Below are positions 40,701-55,340 of a stretch of DNA of 64,000 bases, in pieces. Made by a program: the position numbers and the translations under genes. The stretch is from Tubiluchus corallicola (lineage: Eukaryota > Animalia > Priapulida), in NCBI GenBank assembly GCA_030141605.1, contig JAQGDQ010000151.1:124001-188000 (forward strand). Reading direction: 5' to 3'. The notes under the pieces are model-generated. The model made no database searches and was not told the DNA's origin. It worked only from the letters and a program-made list of their open reading frames with translations. Numbering within the stretch: position 1 is the first letter of the stretch; every line of letters starts with the position of its first letter.

Positions 40701-43700
40701 ACTTCTTTTACGCTTTTATTTTGTAACGTTTGCAGCATTTTTAGCAGTGTAAGTAAGTGTAATAAGCTAAGCATGTTTAGAGTAATTAGGACTCATCAGC
40801 TAATTTACACTTTAGTAACTTTTTGTGAATCATTTGTTGGGCTTTTTCTCTACCCAACTATCTATTCATTATATTGAAGTTGCAAGTTCTAATATGCTTC
40901 CATACAAGTTTTCCCCAATGTCTGTTTAATCACGGTAAATGATACTAGTTTGGTGTTAATCAATTATATTTTCAATTTTACTTATAAATGTGATTGATGG
41001 ATTCATAGATGACAGCTCAACTCAGTCCACAAATCTATCAATTATAAAAACATTTGTGTGCATTCAGTTATGAATGCCAAACCTATTGAAAATTTTAATT
41101 TTATTTTAGGCGTTCCTGAAATTGAAACAAATGTTGTTATAAATCCGCACATAAACACAGATAAAGATATTACTGTGCACAGTTTTATTATAAATGGAAA
41201 CAGCTATGGAAGTGCGTCTTTTCTAAATTTACCTGAGGATATTTTACTTAAGGTAATTTTTGACATTTATTTGTAATTTAGTACTCGTAAGTGACATTTG
41301 TAGAATTATTGCTGGAATAAAAATGTGATCTGGTCAACGTTAGAACTAGTGCTTGATTACTACAGGACCAGTTCAATCATTAATCTTCTATCTTGGCTTG
41401 GTAAGCTGAATTTTTATCTTCGCTACACACATTTTGCTGTTCTTAGTATAGATCTCGATGTGGTTGGACAATTTTTCTCAAACCGAAGGAAGCCATTTTG
41501 ATGCATGTGAAGACCTGCTTTATATGGAAACATACAGAAAATCACACACACAACACACTTTATTTCATAAGTATTTGATATTGGAGGTCATATCACCATT
41601 TAGGCACATGATTAGGGAAGTGCAAGTGGTTTTTATATTGATGGATTTTTAAAGCTGTAAAATTTAAACCAACTTACATTTTTTGCTTAATTTCATTAAA
41701 ACAATAATAATGATGTAGTTGTATAGCAATATAAATATAATATAAAAGAAATATTTGACAACACATGACTAGCAGAGAGTTTAGTCTAATGGTAACCCTT
41801 TCTGTCTGAGAGGTCGTGAGTTTGATACAGTGGCGAGGTCGTAACAAAATGGTATGGATTTTTAAAAATGGTACCTGCAGTTACACTGATTGGCATGTGG
41901 TATTTCGAGTAATGATAGCCTCTGTTATATTGATTATTATTTACAGTCGGTCCAAGTGCACTTTGGTGCTTATGTTAATTGTTCATTCAAAAAAGCCAAC
42001 TATGGATATAAAGATTATTACTATTATCATTATTATTATAATAATTAAGTGAAAAAATATTTATTATTGCATTGATGAATTTTTATGTAGGCCTGTTTTC
42101 CTTCTGTTTTCAGTTATAAAACATTGTGTAATTTTATTGTCCTAAATAATTCCCAGTTTGCCTGCAACAAACAAAACATTTGAATGAACAAAATTCGAGA
42201 CAAACCTGGACAGTCAGGCGATCGTGCATGTAAAATTGTTAATTCTTTTAAGGTATGGTGCTTTGAAGGGACTCTAATCTTGTTTTTGACAGCTTGTTCT
42301 CTGGCATTGCATCAGAATATTTTGCTAAAACAGTAACTAAACATAATTCTACAGTTATAAAATATTTGCATTTATTTTTTAGGTTTTGTACAGAATTGCA
42401 CTGGAATTTTGTGGAGTTTTTTTTTCGAAATGCATTAACTAGTAAAATTTAATGTTTCCGATTGTTACACTGACATATTATTGATAACTATTTTGTAAAG
42501 TGCCTGCTTAATTTCTTTGACCACGTTTGATTACAGGTAGTTTTAAAGAGATCTAGCAAACCGGTGATTGATGATTTTAAGAAAAAATCTCTAGTGCATT
42601 ACATTCCGAGCTCACGCAATGAGTCATACCATGCTTCTTACTACCAATTTCGCACTATAAACGTTTACAATGATAAAGAGCATCCAGACGTATGGTATGT
42701 GGGGATTTTGTTTGACTCGTATTACGATCCTTCCTGCTACAAACCACTACAAATTTGTTCGACCAAAACAGATGAGTGTAGAGAACAGCGCAACGTTGAC
42801 CAGTGTCAGGTGAATGATGACGATTGCAGAACTAGAACGTACCTCTCTTGTGGTATTGATATTTGCATGGAGAAGCAACCATGTTATCCCGACTGGGTAG
42901 CTTACTGCCAAAAAGCAATGGAGGTCTGCATTAGGCGACAAATCAAATGTAATTTATCAAACTTGAACAAATGTGACATATATTTCAGGTACTGTGTGGA
43001 TGGTTGCAAAAAGTTCTCGAATGACACAACTTGTAGCTATCATTGCAGTCAAAGAGAAATTAACTGTACTAATGCTGCGAACAGTACATGCGAATCGACT
43101 GCTGTTTGTTTAAGAAAGAGAAATTTGTTATGTGTTGAAACGCTGTTTCTCCTTCCCAAAAGGCAGTATTGTAAGGACGTTTATTACAATTGCAGCGCAG
43201 AAGGCGAGGCGAGGTGTGATCGCGAACTTGCGAACTGCAACGGCGAGTGTCGTTTGTGTAAGCCACGTTGTGATTCAGCACTCCTGGGTGACTGTCTTGC
43301 TTTCTGCGATCAGGAACATTTTAACTGCACAAAAGCTAAACCGGAGAAATGCAAAAAATTTACGCAACAGTTTCATAATGACTCTTTGTGCGATCAGATA
43401 TTATGGCCAGAAGTTGAACTGACTAACAGTGTGCAAGAGCCAGAACCTGCAGCAAATGGTATGATTTGTTAGAAGGCTAGGTGCAATAATAACATGGCCT
43501 AAAATTGATACTCTATATAAAAGATATTATGTTAGCATGTCATGAACCGCTTATCTTAAGTATTTTTTGAGCCAAGGTTTCACAGGACTGCGACTTTTTT
43601 TGCGGTAAACGAAAATTTTCTAAATCCAACTGTCACCAAAATATTCACCCGAATGTATTTTGTGTCTAACCATTTGTGTGAAGTTTGTGTGAAATTCATA

Positions 43701-46700
43701 AATTTATGGTTATCTTTAACGACTTTAGTGACACTTGTATGACAAAGCGAATGTCACAAGACATTCGCATGTGTATCATTCCCAAGTTTTTGCGGATTCT
43801 GAAATTGTTAGAAACATTTGGCGACAAATTTTCACAGGTCTGATACATGTTACTACAACCATGACAGTTTGGCGAAGCTTTGGCAAGGTATTGAATTTTG
43901 AGTAGTAGTGGGTGCGGTCATTTACAAGATTACTTCGATTACTTAATCACAAGTCTCTGGTATTGATTACTTTGTTATGTGATTGAATATGAACAATTAC
44001 TTTTATGCCTAGGAATTTTTAATATATTTTGATTTTTCAAGAATGGCAAAATTTGTTTGAAATAATTTTTAACGTGGCAAAATCATGGATGTGAACACCA
44101 TACGTGTGTAAACACAAAGCTTACATATCTACACCTTCTTATACCGACTCCAGTTAAGTTTTATCAGTTTAGCATGACCAGAAACCTAGCAAATTTGCTG
44201 ACTCTGTAATTAATGCAGGTACAAATAAGCATTTTAATGTAAATAGCTTCAAAACCTTCTGACAAATAAATTTTAGGAAACTTTGTAAATAAAACATGAT
44301 AAAAGTCTCATACTTTATTATAGGGAAGGTCTATAATAACTAACTGCTGAAAATTCTAGAGACTTAGGCGTTATTCATAGCAACTCTGTGTGCCAAAAAT
44401 ACAAATCTGTACATAGAGAGCCAATCTCAGTAATCGATTACTGACTGAAATTAATCAATAATCGCAACTCTATTTGAAATCAGCGGTATCACCGACCACT
44501 AGTTTTTCGACTTCAATGACAAATTTCAATGAAAAGATTTTTAAAGCCGACGACCTTGGAACTTTTTTGCAATTGTTTGGCAAACTTTTGGCACATGTTT
44601 GGCGAATGTGGGCTTTTCGGATACTCACCGAAGTCGCAAACCCTGTGAAAGGATTCTTGTTTTTTATCTTAGATTTGAATATCTGTCTCTTAACAGTTCA
44701 GCTTGCTCATGGGCAGCAATAGCAGATTGAACTTTATGCCACTATGAAGTTGTAGCTTATGATTAAATGTCAAACGCGTTATTACTGTGAAGGGACTTTA
44801 TTATGCCTTTTGCAATGTAGAAGCTGGTTTATTTTCTTTTTTTTTACAGTTGGTAATGTTCTCTATCACATTGCATTGCTGACAGCTGATGTACAGTTTA
44901 GTGGAACAGCTGCAACTGTGTTTGTTTCTCTTCATGGCAGTTTGAACAGTACTCATGGAAGAGCCTTGGACAGCACAATACGCGACTTCAGTCGGGGACA
45001 GTAAGTTTTAACAGTGCTGAGAGAGCTTCGGGATCGTTATTCACAGAGTTACTTTACACCGTAGAAACTGATTCTTTTAGCAAATGAAAACAGCAAGTTA
45101 TACAGTGATGAAAACTTTTGAATGTTGTTATTTTAATCGGAGTCCCAGGAAATACTACATTTAACCTACACGTGACTAACCTTCACCGCGCAGTGAAGGC
45201 TGTACATTTTCACTGTATATTACATGATGTGTTTATTGTTTATTAATTTAAAAGAGCTGTAAAGCAGCTTACAGTTCTAGTAATTGTTAATATGTACACA
45301 GACTAAATGTGGTAATAATTGTTGGTAATAAATGTAGTGCAGGAATAATTTTTTGGTAGCCTGTTTTATCGTGTTGTACCAGTATACATCTTGGTGTATA
45401 CATTGTGTTTGATTGTACATTATAAGAGTAATTGATGTCAAACATATTAGTCTATCGCTCCGCCCCCGCTGTAATGTGAGCACGCTCAGCAGCACTCGGG
45501 ACAATGGCTCACGCAAGACAACAACTGTGTCTAAACTAAACTAAACTAAACAACATGACAGTCGCAACTAATGTCTAATCAGCTGACAAACTGATTGCAC
45601 TTTTTCGTAAACACAGATTTGCAGAACACAAAATTAACACTTTAAGTAGCCAAAAAATGACTCAGTTTGAACAGAATGTAGAGACGAAGTTTCAAAGCAC
45701 TACAAAATACAGAGACATGAGCATAATAAAGAAACTGAGCCAGTTAGCCTTGCTTTACAAGTAGTGAACAACAATAATATTAAGTCTCTCTTGCCTTTGA
45801 ATATACGAACATCATGCCTGCAATGTATTTTTTCTACATTAACTGATCATGTGCTCGTCTGCAAGATTTATCCAGTTTTTGTATTTTTCCATTTGTTAGG
45901 CTACGGAAATGGAATAAATTTCACTGTTCCATTCCTTAGCTTAGACGACCCTGAATGCCGGAGTCGCATATGTCCCAATAGCATCTTTTAACCATGATTA
46001 TAACCAGGAAAATAGTGTAGAATTAGCTAATATTACATTGATGTATTTTATAAGTTTTGACCACATTTGAATTCATTTTGACTGTGAAGATGAGGTTTCT
46101 TAAAACTGGCCAGAAAACAAAACAATTTGTTTTGTCCTTATTTAAAGTTAATCGAATAGTTGTTTTTATCTAACTTGCAAAACCATAAGCTAAACTAAAT
46201 TGCCTATTTTCCTGATTGCAAAATGGTTTAATCAGCAACTCATAGACGTAAGCATTGTGCATTTCTTCCTATATACGAAACTGAACTATATATTTCCACT
46301 AATTCATTTGCAATTTCAATTGACAGTAATAAATCTAGAACCAGGCCAATATTTCTCCCGCTAACTAATGAAAAGTTGAGCAAAATAACTTGCACGCTGA
46401 TAAAATTTCAATGAAAATGATTGACGTTATGTTAGACGTCAATTTTAAGCTCTTTTTCACTTGGTATTACAACCAGATTTGTGCATGATGGATGAATATT
46501 GGGCTGTATGGTTTTCTTAAAAAATTCTAAATCCTGCAAACATTCAATGGCTGGTTTATTCAAAAATGAATGGTCGTTGTGAAATAGGAATCTGAGTCAT
46601 TATCAAGTCTATGACTCGAGATTTAGGACTAGTCAATAAACACATTTAGCTGTGTATACGTTCTCTCTCAGCATGGTTAGAGTAAAACCTAATACAGTTG

Positions 46701-47056
46701 ATCTATCCGCCCACTAATCAGCTTGGTTAGTCAATTAGCCAGTCATTTTTAACTTCGGTTGCCAAGATGACACCACATACACTAGGCCATGCATCTTGCT
46801 CCAAGGCGAGTTCTTTAAAAAGACACTTTGTTACTTTCAGAGCCTCAGACAGAGATCTTTCAGCATTTTAACAAATGCAGATTTGTATGAACAGATTTGA
46901 AAGAATTAATTTGGACATACATGTATACATGTTCAACAGCTTTGTGAGAGAAATGTATTTACAAGACTTAGTGTAACACGTTTAGACACATATTGATACT
47001 GCCCAAATCAGTGTTGTATTTGTGTGTGTGTGTCTGGGTGGTGGGGGGTGCGTGCT

Positions 47057-47125
<69 letters not shown>

Positions 47126-50100
47126 TATAGGTAGAATAGATTTTTAAACTCAGTATCTGTTATATCTGAAGATCTCCGTGGTAAGTCTCTCAGTTTTTTC
47201 TAGTCTCCTCACTTATCTTCTTCAGTCAAATTGGCAATATAAATATTTTATGGTGCTATTTACTTTCAGAGTTGACTGGTTTCATTTTGAGGATACAGAT
47301 GTGGGGCAAATAAACAGTATCAGTGTTTGGCATGACAATACTGGACCAGACCCAAAGTGGTTGCTCGAAAAGGTAGTCCCTGGTGGAGAAAACTAGTTTC
47401 ACTAATCTCAAGCTCTGTGTTTTGAAAGGAGACATTACATGATTTACTCTCGCAATCTGACTATATAAATTTACTTTTTATGTAGATCTATATCAAATAA
47501 AAAGCAAAAATAAATATTCTCATACATGCATGTATGTAAGCCAAGTCCATACAAAATTGTTCAAAATATAACAAGTCAATCAATGTTTTGCTGATCACTA
47601 TAATAAATGCAAAACATATTGGAATTTAATACTAAAAATTGACTTTTGTAACTTCCTCCCAGCTTCTCTGCTTAAAAATGTAGTATTTCAGTTGAAAAAA
47701 CTTGTATTTTCCAACTCATGGTATGTAGCTCATGGAAGCTGCCATTTTGCTTGCAGTGCTTCTTGTTGTCAAGCCAACTATAGCAACCATTTTCAAATGT
47801 GACATCAGATGCACTTACAAAACCCATAGTACTACGTTTTTGTAATTTTACCATGTTGTTTTTCTAGAAATGGGACAAAAACAATGCAAACTTTAACAGT
47901 GACTTTTTTCAAGACTAACTTTCAGTGTTCATCTCAAACAAAGATCACCTCGGGTCAGAATTAACATAGAGTGATGAGCTTAATATTAAAATGATCCTTA
48001 TGAAGCACGAAGACTGGGGACATGTGAAAAATTAAAGTACAGTACGAACTATGAAGAACAGAAGTTGAACAACAAAAATATATTTATGTTCGTACAAGTT
48101 ATTTGGTATCAAATGGCCTGAAGTTATGAAGAAAGGCCTTTGGATTAAGCAGATCCAAATAAGAAAACTGCTTTGGACTAGATCTGCATTACGATTGCCC
48201 AAAATCATTTCTTCCTACAATGCTGCTTAGAGTTCTTATGTCAACAATAGCCAACCACTCACATAATTAAATGTTCATATTTAAAATCAACACAACTTTA
48301 TTAAATCTCACTTTACAAAGTTAAAAAGTTAAAACCATGCCAAACATTTCGACAAACTACTGCTGCTATAATGCAGTGGTACATTTACAATCATACAACC
48401 ATTTTATATAGTCAGAGCCTATTATGCAGTAATTAAGTAGTTAACAGAAGCCAAATAGGTAATGAATAAGCAGAGCAGTAAAGAAATTGATACAGTAACT
48501 TAAGCACGGATCGCTAGTAATTCATTAGTAACTAGCACTAAGCATTAAACAACATACTTAAACGCTAAGCTAAGGTAAGAATTTGTAAACATTTGGAGTT
48601 TTTGTCTGAAACTGGCAAAAAATTAAAAAAGGTCTCCTCAATCCAGCATTAATGACCATATTTGTGCATTTAGCCACAAAGCTGATTTTGATAATGTCAA
48701 TGTTGTGACCAGAGCTACAAATAACTGAGACTTATTAATAAATGAAAGTTTATCTAGGTACCATAATAGGCCTTATCTTAATGTACAAAGCAATTCAATT
48801 CCTTTTACTTTATTTTCAAACACTTAGCTATTTGTTACTGTATCAATTTCTTTTCACCAGGTCTGCTTATTCATTACTTATTCATTATTTGGCTTCTATT
48901 AAGCACTTGATTAGCGCATAATGGGCTGTGCCTATTTGGCCCGATTTTGCCGTTTATAACTATAAATGTTTAAGTGCCTGTAATAATTAATTGTACCACA
49001 AAAGGACTTAGCAAGTACATCTCCAAATTTAGTACATATCGTATGTAGTTGCAGCTGACGGAAGTATCCGACATCAACAAGTTGGATCGACTTGTGTTTT
49101 AGATGACAAGTAACTAAGAAAGCATAATTGCTGATGTGTACATGTTTTCGCTTTGCAAGCACACATGTAGCACTTTATGAAATGCTATTGTGAATGTGAA
49201 AATTTCCAATTAGAATGTCTGTTCATTCCATGCACGTGTATTTGAATGTGAATTTTGTGAATACTTCATTAGGTTATCTTGGTGAAAGAATATTATCAGT
49301 TTACTTGTCCTTGCATGACATGGCTAGAGGGGCCTCCTAGCATCAATCTTCAGACAATACCGTGCTTTCTTAGTGCAGATTATACTCCTCCAGGTATTTG
49401 CTTAGATTTATTTTGTCATACTAGCAGTTAGACATGTATGCATTTTCCTTCGACAATCATTTTATTTAAATTGCAAGTTTTTCTTGATGACTGTCCAAAG
49501 TAGTATGTTAGCAAAGCAATCATCAAATTAGTCTCTTTTCCAGAAAAATATACTCTGTTTCAAATTTAATAACATGTCAGTTGTAATATTACTTACATAT
49601 GCTGGGTTAACATTTTAAACTTTTACAAGACAGTTTTGTTTATTTATTATTAATATCAAATGCACCCTGCATGGGCGATACTTGATGTTCATGGACACTT
49701 TTTTCCTTTTCCCTTTGAGAAATAATAGCATAGCAGCATCCTTGTGTGGTAATTGCTTTTAGATTTCTAAAATTTAGCAGTGTTGTCTCATAGCTGCAAA
49801 AAGCCGTGAAGATAACTTGAAAACTTTGTGGTGTGAAAATAAATGAGTTCTTACTGTATGCTTCAGAGGTTTCTTCAAATGTTAATGCAGGAAAGAGCTT
49901 GTTTATAAGTAATTATCACAGTTAATTCGAGATGCAGAAACTTTGAAAGTGAAGAAAACTGTAAGTATTACAAAAATATTAAATTATAATTGTCTTCCAC
50001 GAAAGGTGCCAGAAAATATTATTAATGTGAAGTGCTTGTTTGTCTATGAGAATCGCACTTATCACGTAAAACTTCTGGATTTCTAATACTGTACATTACT

Positions 50101-53100
50101 ATGGTTTTAGTTAATAAAATCCCTTATAAACAGAAACCTGTTGTACTTACTTTTGTGTGAAAGTGTAAATATTTACTTTTTTCAGATCCAGAACTGGCGC
50201 GTGTAAACTTCAAAATAAGTTTTGCGACCTTTCAGTGTTTATTCTGGAATTTCACATTGGAACAATGGTCTTCTGAGAACTGTATGGTAATGCTGATTTT
50301 GTAATCATTAGCTTAACACTTTTGTTGATAAAAAGTGCAGTTACTGTTAAACACATATCAAAACTTTAAGTTCTAGTATTCACAATAAAATTTACTTCCC
50401 TCATTTGGTTATAATCACTACAAGGTATCTGTCGATGAATGGAACTTCTTGCATGGATTTGTGCTACAGAAAACAGTTTCGCCCAATTAAAAATGCCTAC
50501 TGATCAAAATTTTTGCTTGTTCATGTATCCTGTAGAGTTTTCTGAACAACACTATTGTGTTGCACCAAAACGTGATGTTAAATTGAAAGCATGTTTTCCG
50601 TAAGAAATAGTATAAAAGCTTGCAGATGCAACTTATAGAACCAGTGCAACTTTTTGTAGAAACGATAGTGTTAAAAGACAAGTAATGACGTCATTACTTT
50701 CAAATTTTCTTTTTGAACTATTTTATTACTTATCCATAGGCACCTATATAATATAACAAACAAATTCATAAACCTCTCAGCAGTTGAAAAAATGTTTGAA
50801 AAGTCATTTTTGGCCTTGTAAGCCTAATTTTGCCTAGTTCTGTTTGATTTACAATGCAATAATATCATAACACATCATGAAGCCATTTTTACAGGTTGGG
50901 CCTAACAGGACATGGAACAAAATCCATTGTCAGTGCCTCCACATGTCTACATTCGCTGGACGTTTTTTTGTCATGCCAAACAAGATCCATCCTTTCAAAG
51001 ACATTGTCTTGTTTGCCGAGTTTTTCAATAACCCCGTCATTGTCGTGTTTGTTTTGTCTATATGGATGCTGTACTTTATTGTGTTGATTTATGCAAGAAG
51101 AAAGGATCGGGAGGATGTAACACGGGTTAGTTATTTATATGCTATTAAACTAGGGGGACATTTTGCGATTGTCTTTTTGTTTAATATATAAGTACTTTCT
51201 TTATTAACATACTTACATCTATCCATGTGCACACTTGTTAGCTCTAGCTGTTACTTAACCTGGAAATCAAAGATCAGTTCTGATTCAGGATTCTTTATTA
51301 TTGACAATAATATGAGGAGGAAAAGAAAGTCATTTACTCGAAAAAAATTAATGGTGTTATATCATCTAATAGCGATACAGTAACTTGAATCAATTGGCCT
51401 TAAATAAGGAATAGATTCGAAAATAATGGTATAAACTTATACAGTACGATTTCAGTAAGCAGTATAGTACAGCTTAAGCAGTTAAACTTTGCAGTGAAAT
51501 GCATTTTTTTGTCGTCTGTAGTACACAAAATAAGTTTTTTAGTTAAATTTTGTTTATATTTCCAGTTGGGTGTGACAGTTTTGGAAGAGAATAATCCCTT
51601 TGACAAGTATACATATCTAATAACTACACATACTGGTATGAGGCAAGATGCCCAGACAACTGCTTTGGTTACAGTGGTTTTACATGGTACACTTAACATA
51701 TTGTTTAAATAGCGTTATGATGAAATCACTAACGTTATCAATCTGTTGCTATCAATTATATTTTTTGCTTCCTTGCAGGGAACAAAAAACTAGTGTCTGG
51801 AATTATTTGCTGTCTGGAAAGAAAACTTAAAAGCAGCTAATTAAATAAAAGACTGCAGTTGCGACCCCTATTTAATTTTTTTGACTAAGATATATCAGCC
51901 AGGTGGTCAAACTTCAACTGTCCAAAAAGTCTGATTTTTTATTACTCAAGAATTAGAGAAAATATTTTTGGTCACTTTAGCAGTTATAATTACTTTTATT
52001 TGAAAAGAAATATATGAGTATTAACATATTATTTTATCAGATTAAATTTAGTTTGTTGTATGAATTGAGGAAGATGTGGAAACAGTCAAACAAACAATTT
52101 GTTAAATGATATGAATAGCATAGATACTAGTGTTTATTAGTAGATTATTTGGGTAATATTATTTCAATCAGGTTACAAATGTGTTTAAAGGCTAGTGATA
52201 AGTACTGGCTGCAAAACTAGTTTTAAGGAAGTATATTTACACTACAAACTACATTATATACTTGTTTTATTTTGTCAGGAGAAGTAGGACAAAGTTTGCC
52301 AATAGCACTTTTCGATAGAAATCGACCTGTCATGACTAAAGCATCCCAGGACTCGTTTGTAATGACCACACCACATTGCCTGGGAAATTTGCATTCTCTT
52401 CAAGTTTGGCATGACAATAAAGGAGACAATCCTTCTTGGTGAGTACATGCTTGCAATAGCACTCGATTTTACACAAGAAATGTTTTATCTGTTATGTAGG
52501 GCAGGCATTTTGATATACAATTTATGTAGGATAACTGTTCCTGAATTGTTTCTATGCAAATTATCATAAACAAAAGTGCACTAGCTTTTATTATTTGAAC
52601 AAGAGTAACATGTCGTCCATTATATTCATGCTATAAATACTTTAGTATTGTCTATTTTACAAGTTATGAAGCAGCATTTATCAAGAAATGAAACGTCTTC
52701 CTTGTACCTCATCCTTGTGTAAAGTTTTAGTTTACTGATAATAAGCAGCTGGCCAATGACAACTGCTAAATGCATGTTTTTTTAGTTTTAAAAGTCAATG
52801 AAAGAGAATGAAGATTTCTTACAAAATGACAGTATTTACTTTTTAAGGTTTTTGAGACAAATCATCATAAAGGATATACAGACAGACCATACTTGGTTTT
52901 TTATCTACAATAACTGGCTAGCCGTTGATCGTGGACCTAAGACCATTTGTTGTATATTGAAGCCAGCTGGTGAAGATCAGTTGAAGGTAACTTTATAATC
53001 TTGCACAAGTATTTTTTATATACAATTTGCCATTTTATAAGTTGTTGTCTAACCATTCACAGCCAGGTCTTGTTTAATGATGATGGTTTGATGTGTGTGT

Positions 53101-55282
53101 GTGTATGCATGACCATGTGTGTGTCCTGTGTATGTGTATGAAGGTGCGTGTGCATGCATGACCATGTGTGAGTGTCCTGTGTATGTGTATGAAGGTGCGT
53201 GTGTGCATGACCATGTTTGAGTGTCCTGTGTATGTGTATGAAGGTGCGTGTTTGTGTGTGTGTGCAAGCATGTGTGAGTGTCTTGTGTGCGTGTGTGGAT
53301 GGGCAGGCGCATGCGAAATTGAACTCATTAACAGTAATAGGTTGTTGAACTGCCAAAAATGCCTTGGCCATATTTGGACACGTATCCACCTGGATGTTCT
53401 CAGTGAAATAAATAGTAGCTTTGTGAAAGCACCCAAAAGCAGTTATTTTAGCAAGCATCATTCATTGTTTCAATCAACCAAATCTGACTTTGCTTAACTT
53501 TACTGTTGCTTGAAACTAACATTTGGGAGGTTTTCAAGTAAAGAGAATACAATAATGGAGCTCGAGCTGTTACAATAATATAGTATATCTTGTCAAATAA
53601 TGTTTAAAATGCAAAAAACTAATAATCGTTCTCTCATTTAATAGTCAAAGTCAGTTAATTCTAATTTTAATGTAGAAACAGAAAATCTGCAAACTGAAAT
53701 AAGTTTGTAGTAGAAAACAGATAGTTGTTTCGCAGTTTTTATACTACAACAGTATCAAACAATCGGATTAACAAGCTTGAAGAACTACTGAAGTTAATTA
53801 GCTCAGCTAACCAATCCGTATTAAATACTTGCACTAGCATTCTTTTATCTATTTCATGATATAAACCTTAGTTATTTCAACTAATAAAAACGACTAATTT
53901 TAGTTGGTAGTCGGTAACTACAATGTCACCAGAGCATAAAAACTCACATTTGTGTCACTTTATTTTGACAATTATGCAACATATCACTGAGCTAAAAGCA
54001 AGCACATGCTTAAGGGATTCAATATGAGCACCAGTATAGAATATATCACTATGACTATGCATAATGAAAAATGAAAATAAATGGAACATTTTTTTCACAA
54101 GATCTGCTCCCAGTTTTATGAGAAATAATAATTCGCTATTAAAAATGATAATTTTTTGCAGCAATTCTCTCACCTCTTCACAAATAAATTCGTGGGAGAT
54201 TTGAGAGATGATCACCTGTGGGCCAGCATATTTTGGAGACCTCCACAAAGTGCTTTTACTCGAGTCCAGGTTTGTGGTGCTTTGTTTTGTGGGCTCTTTG
54301 TCTTTCGCCTTTCCTATTGCATTTGCCCATAGTATTAGTTACAGTGCTCGAACTTTGAGTGAACCTCAATGCTTCCTTTGACTAAATTTCTCTCTTAACT
54401 TGGCAAAATCCTCTAAAGTTTTTTATTTTTCTTTGTTGAGTTTAATTCATTAGGTTGAATTCTTTTTAGTTGTTTGTCTGATGGTTTGAATTGCAGATTT
54501 GGCATGTGGTTTAAGTGAAATGATTGTAATTAGTAATTATCCATGGTTTCCTTATTATAGTTACTATCGTCAGTCAATAATACAGAAATGTGTGTTTCGG
54601 CTTTATTTAGCATTTCTCAAAACTTTCTAATAGTAGTTAATCGATAAAATAATCAATAAACTACCAAGTCAAAATTTTCCAAAAAATAAATGATATAAAA
54701 AGTCAGCTTTGGAACTAAAACTTCTGAATAAACTTGGCTATGCATGTGTGGTCTTAACTTTCGACTTAAAAATAGGTAGATTTTGAATTAAAATTGAAAA
54801 TTCTGGAGTTTGATTTATTCTGAGTAAGAAAATGAAAATTGTTTTATTGTTTTTTGTTACGCCTTTTAGAAAGAAAAACCTAGAAGTATTTAAAATTTTT
54901 TACTATCTTTTATACTAATCAAAAATGTGCTCTCCTTGTCAAATAAATAAATTTGCTCTAAACTTAGCAAGAAGCTTAACTTTTACTGGACAACTGATTG
55001 GCTTATTAAAATCTAAAAAAGATCTAAATTTCATATAGGTTAAATGTGACAACCACAATATATTTGCAGTTTAGCTACATTTCCCAATATAGTGTTTCCC
55101 AGGAAAGACAACTTCCCAGAGCAGACTTACCAGAAAAATTTTTTCCCAGAAAAATTTTCCAAAAAAATATTTTTCCTAGAAAATTTGTTTCACAGAAAAA
55201 ACACCTTGTTGGGATTTTAGTTGCAAGATCTGCTATTTTAGTAGAACAAAGCCCTTGTTCTTTATGTTTAGCTCTATCCCTG

Positions 55283-55340
<58 letters not shown>

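Noticed and set aside
41768-41850. tRNA gene
   Set aside because: No cloverleaf can be folded; at most a decayed SINE head.
42564-43472. Stand-alone 302-aa Cys-rich gene
   Set aside because: GTG start, no signal peptide, and splice sites in phase with the flanking PKD1-like exons; it is exon 14.
53049-53497. His/Thr-rich ORFs
   Set aside because: Translations of a TG-rich minisatellite.
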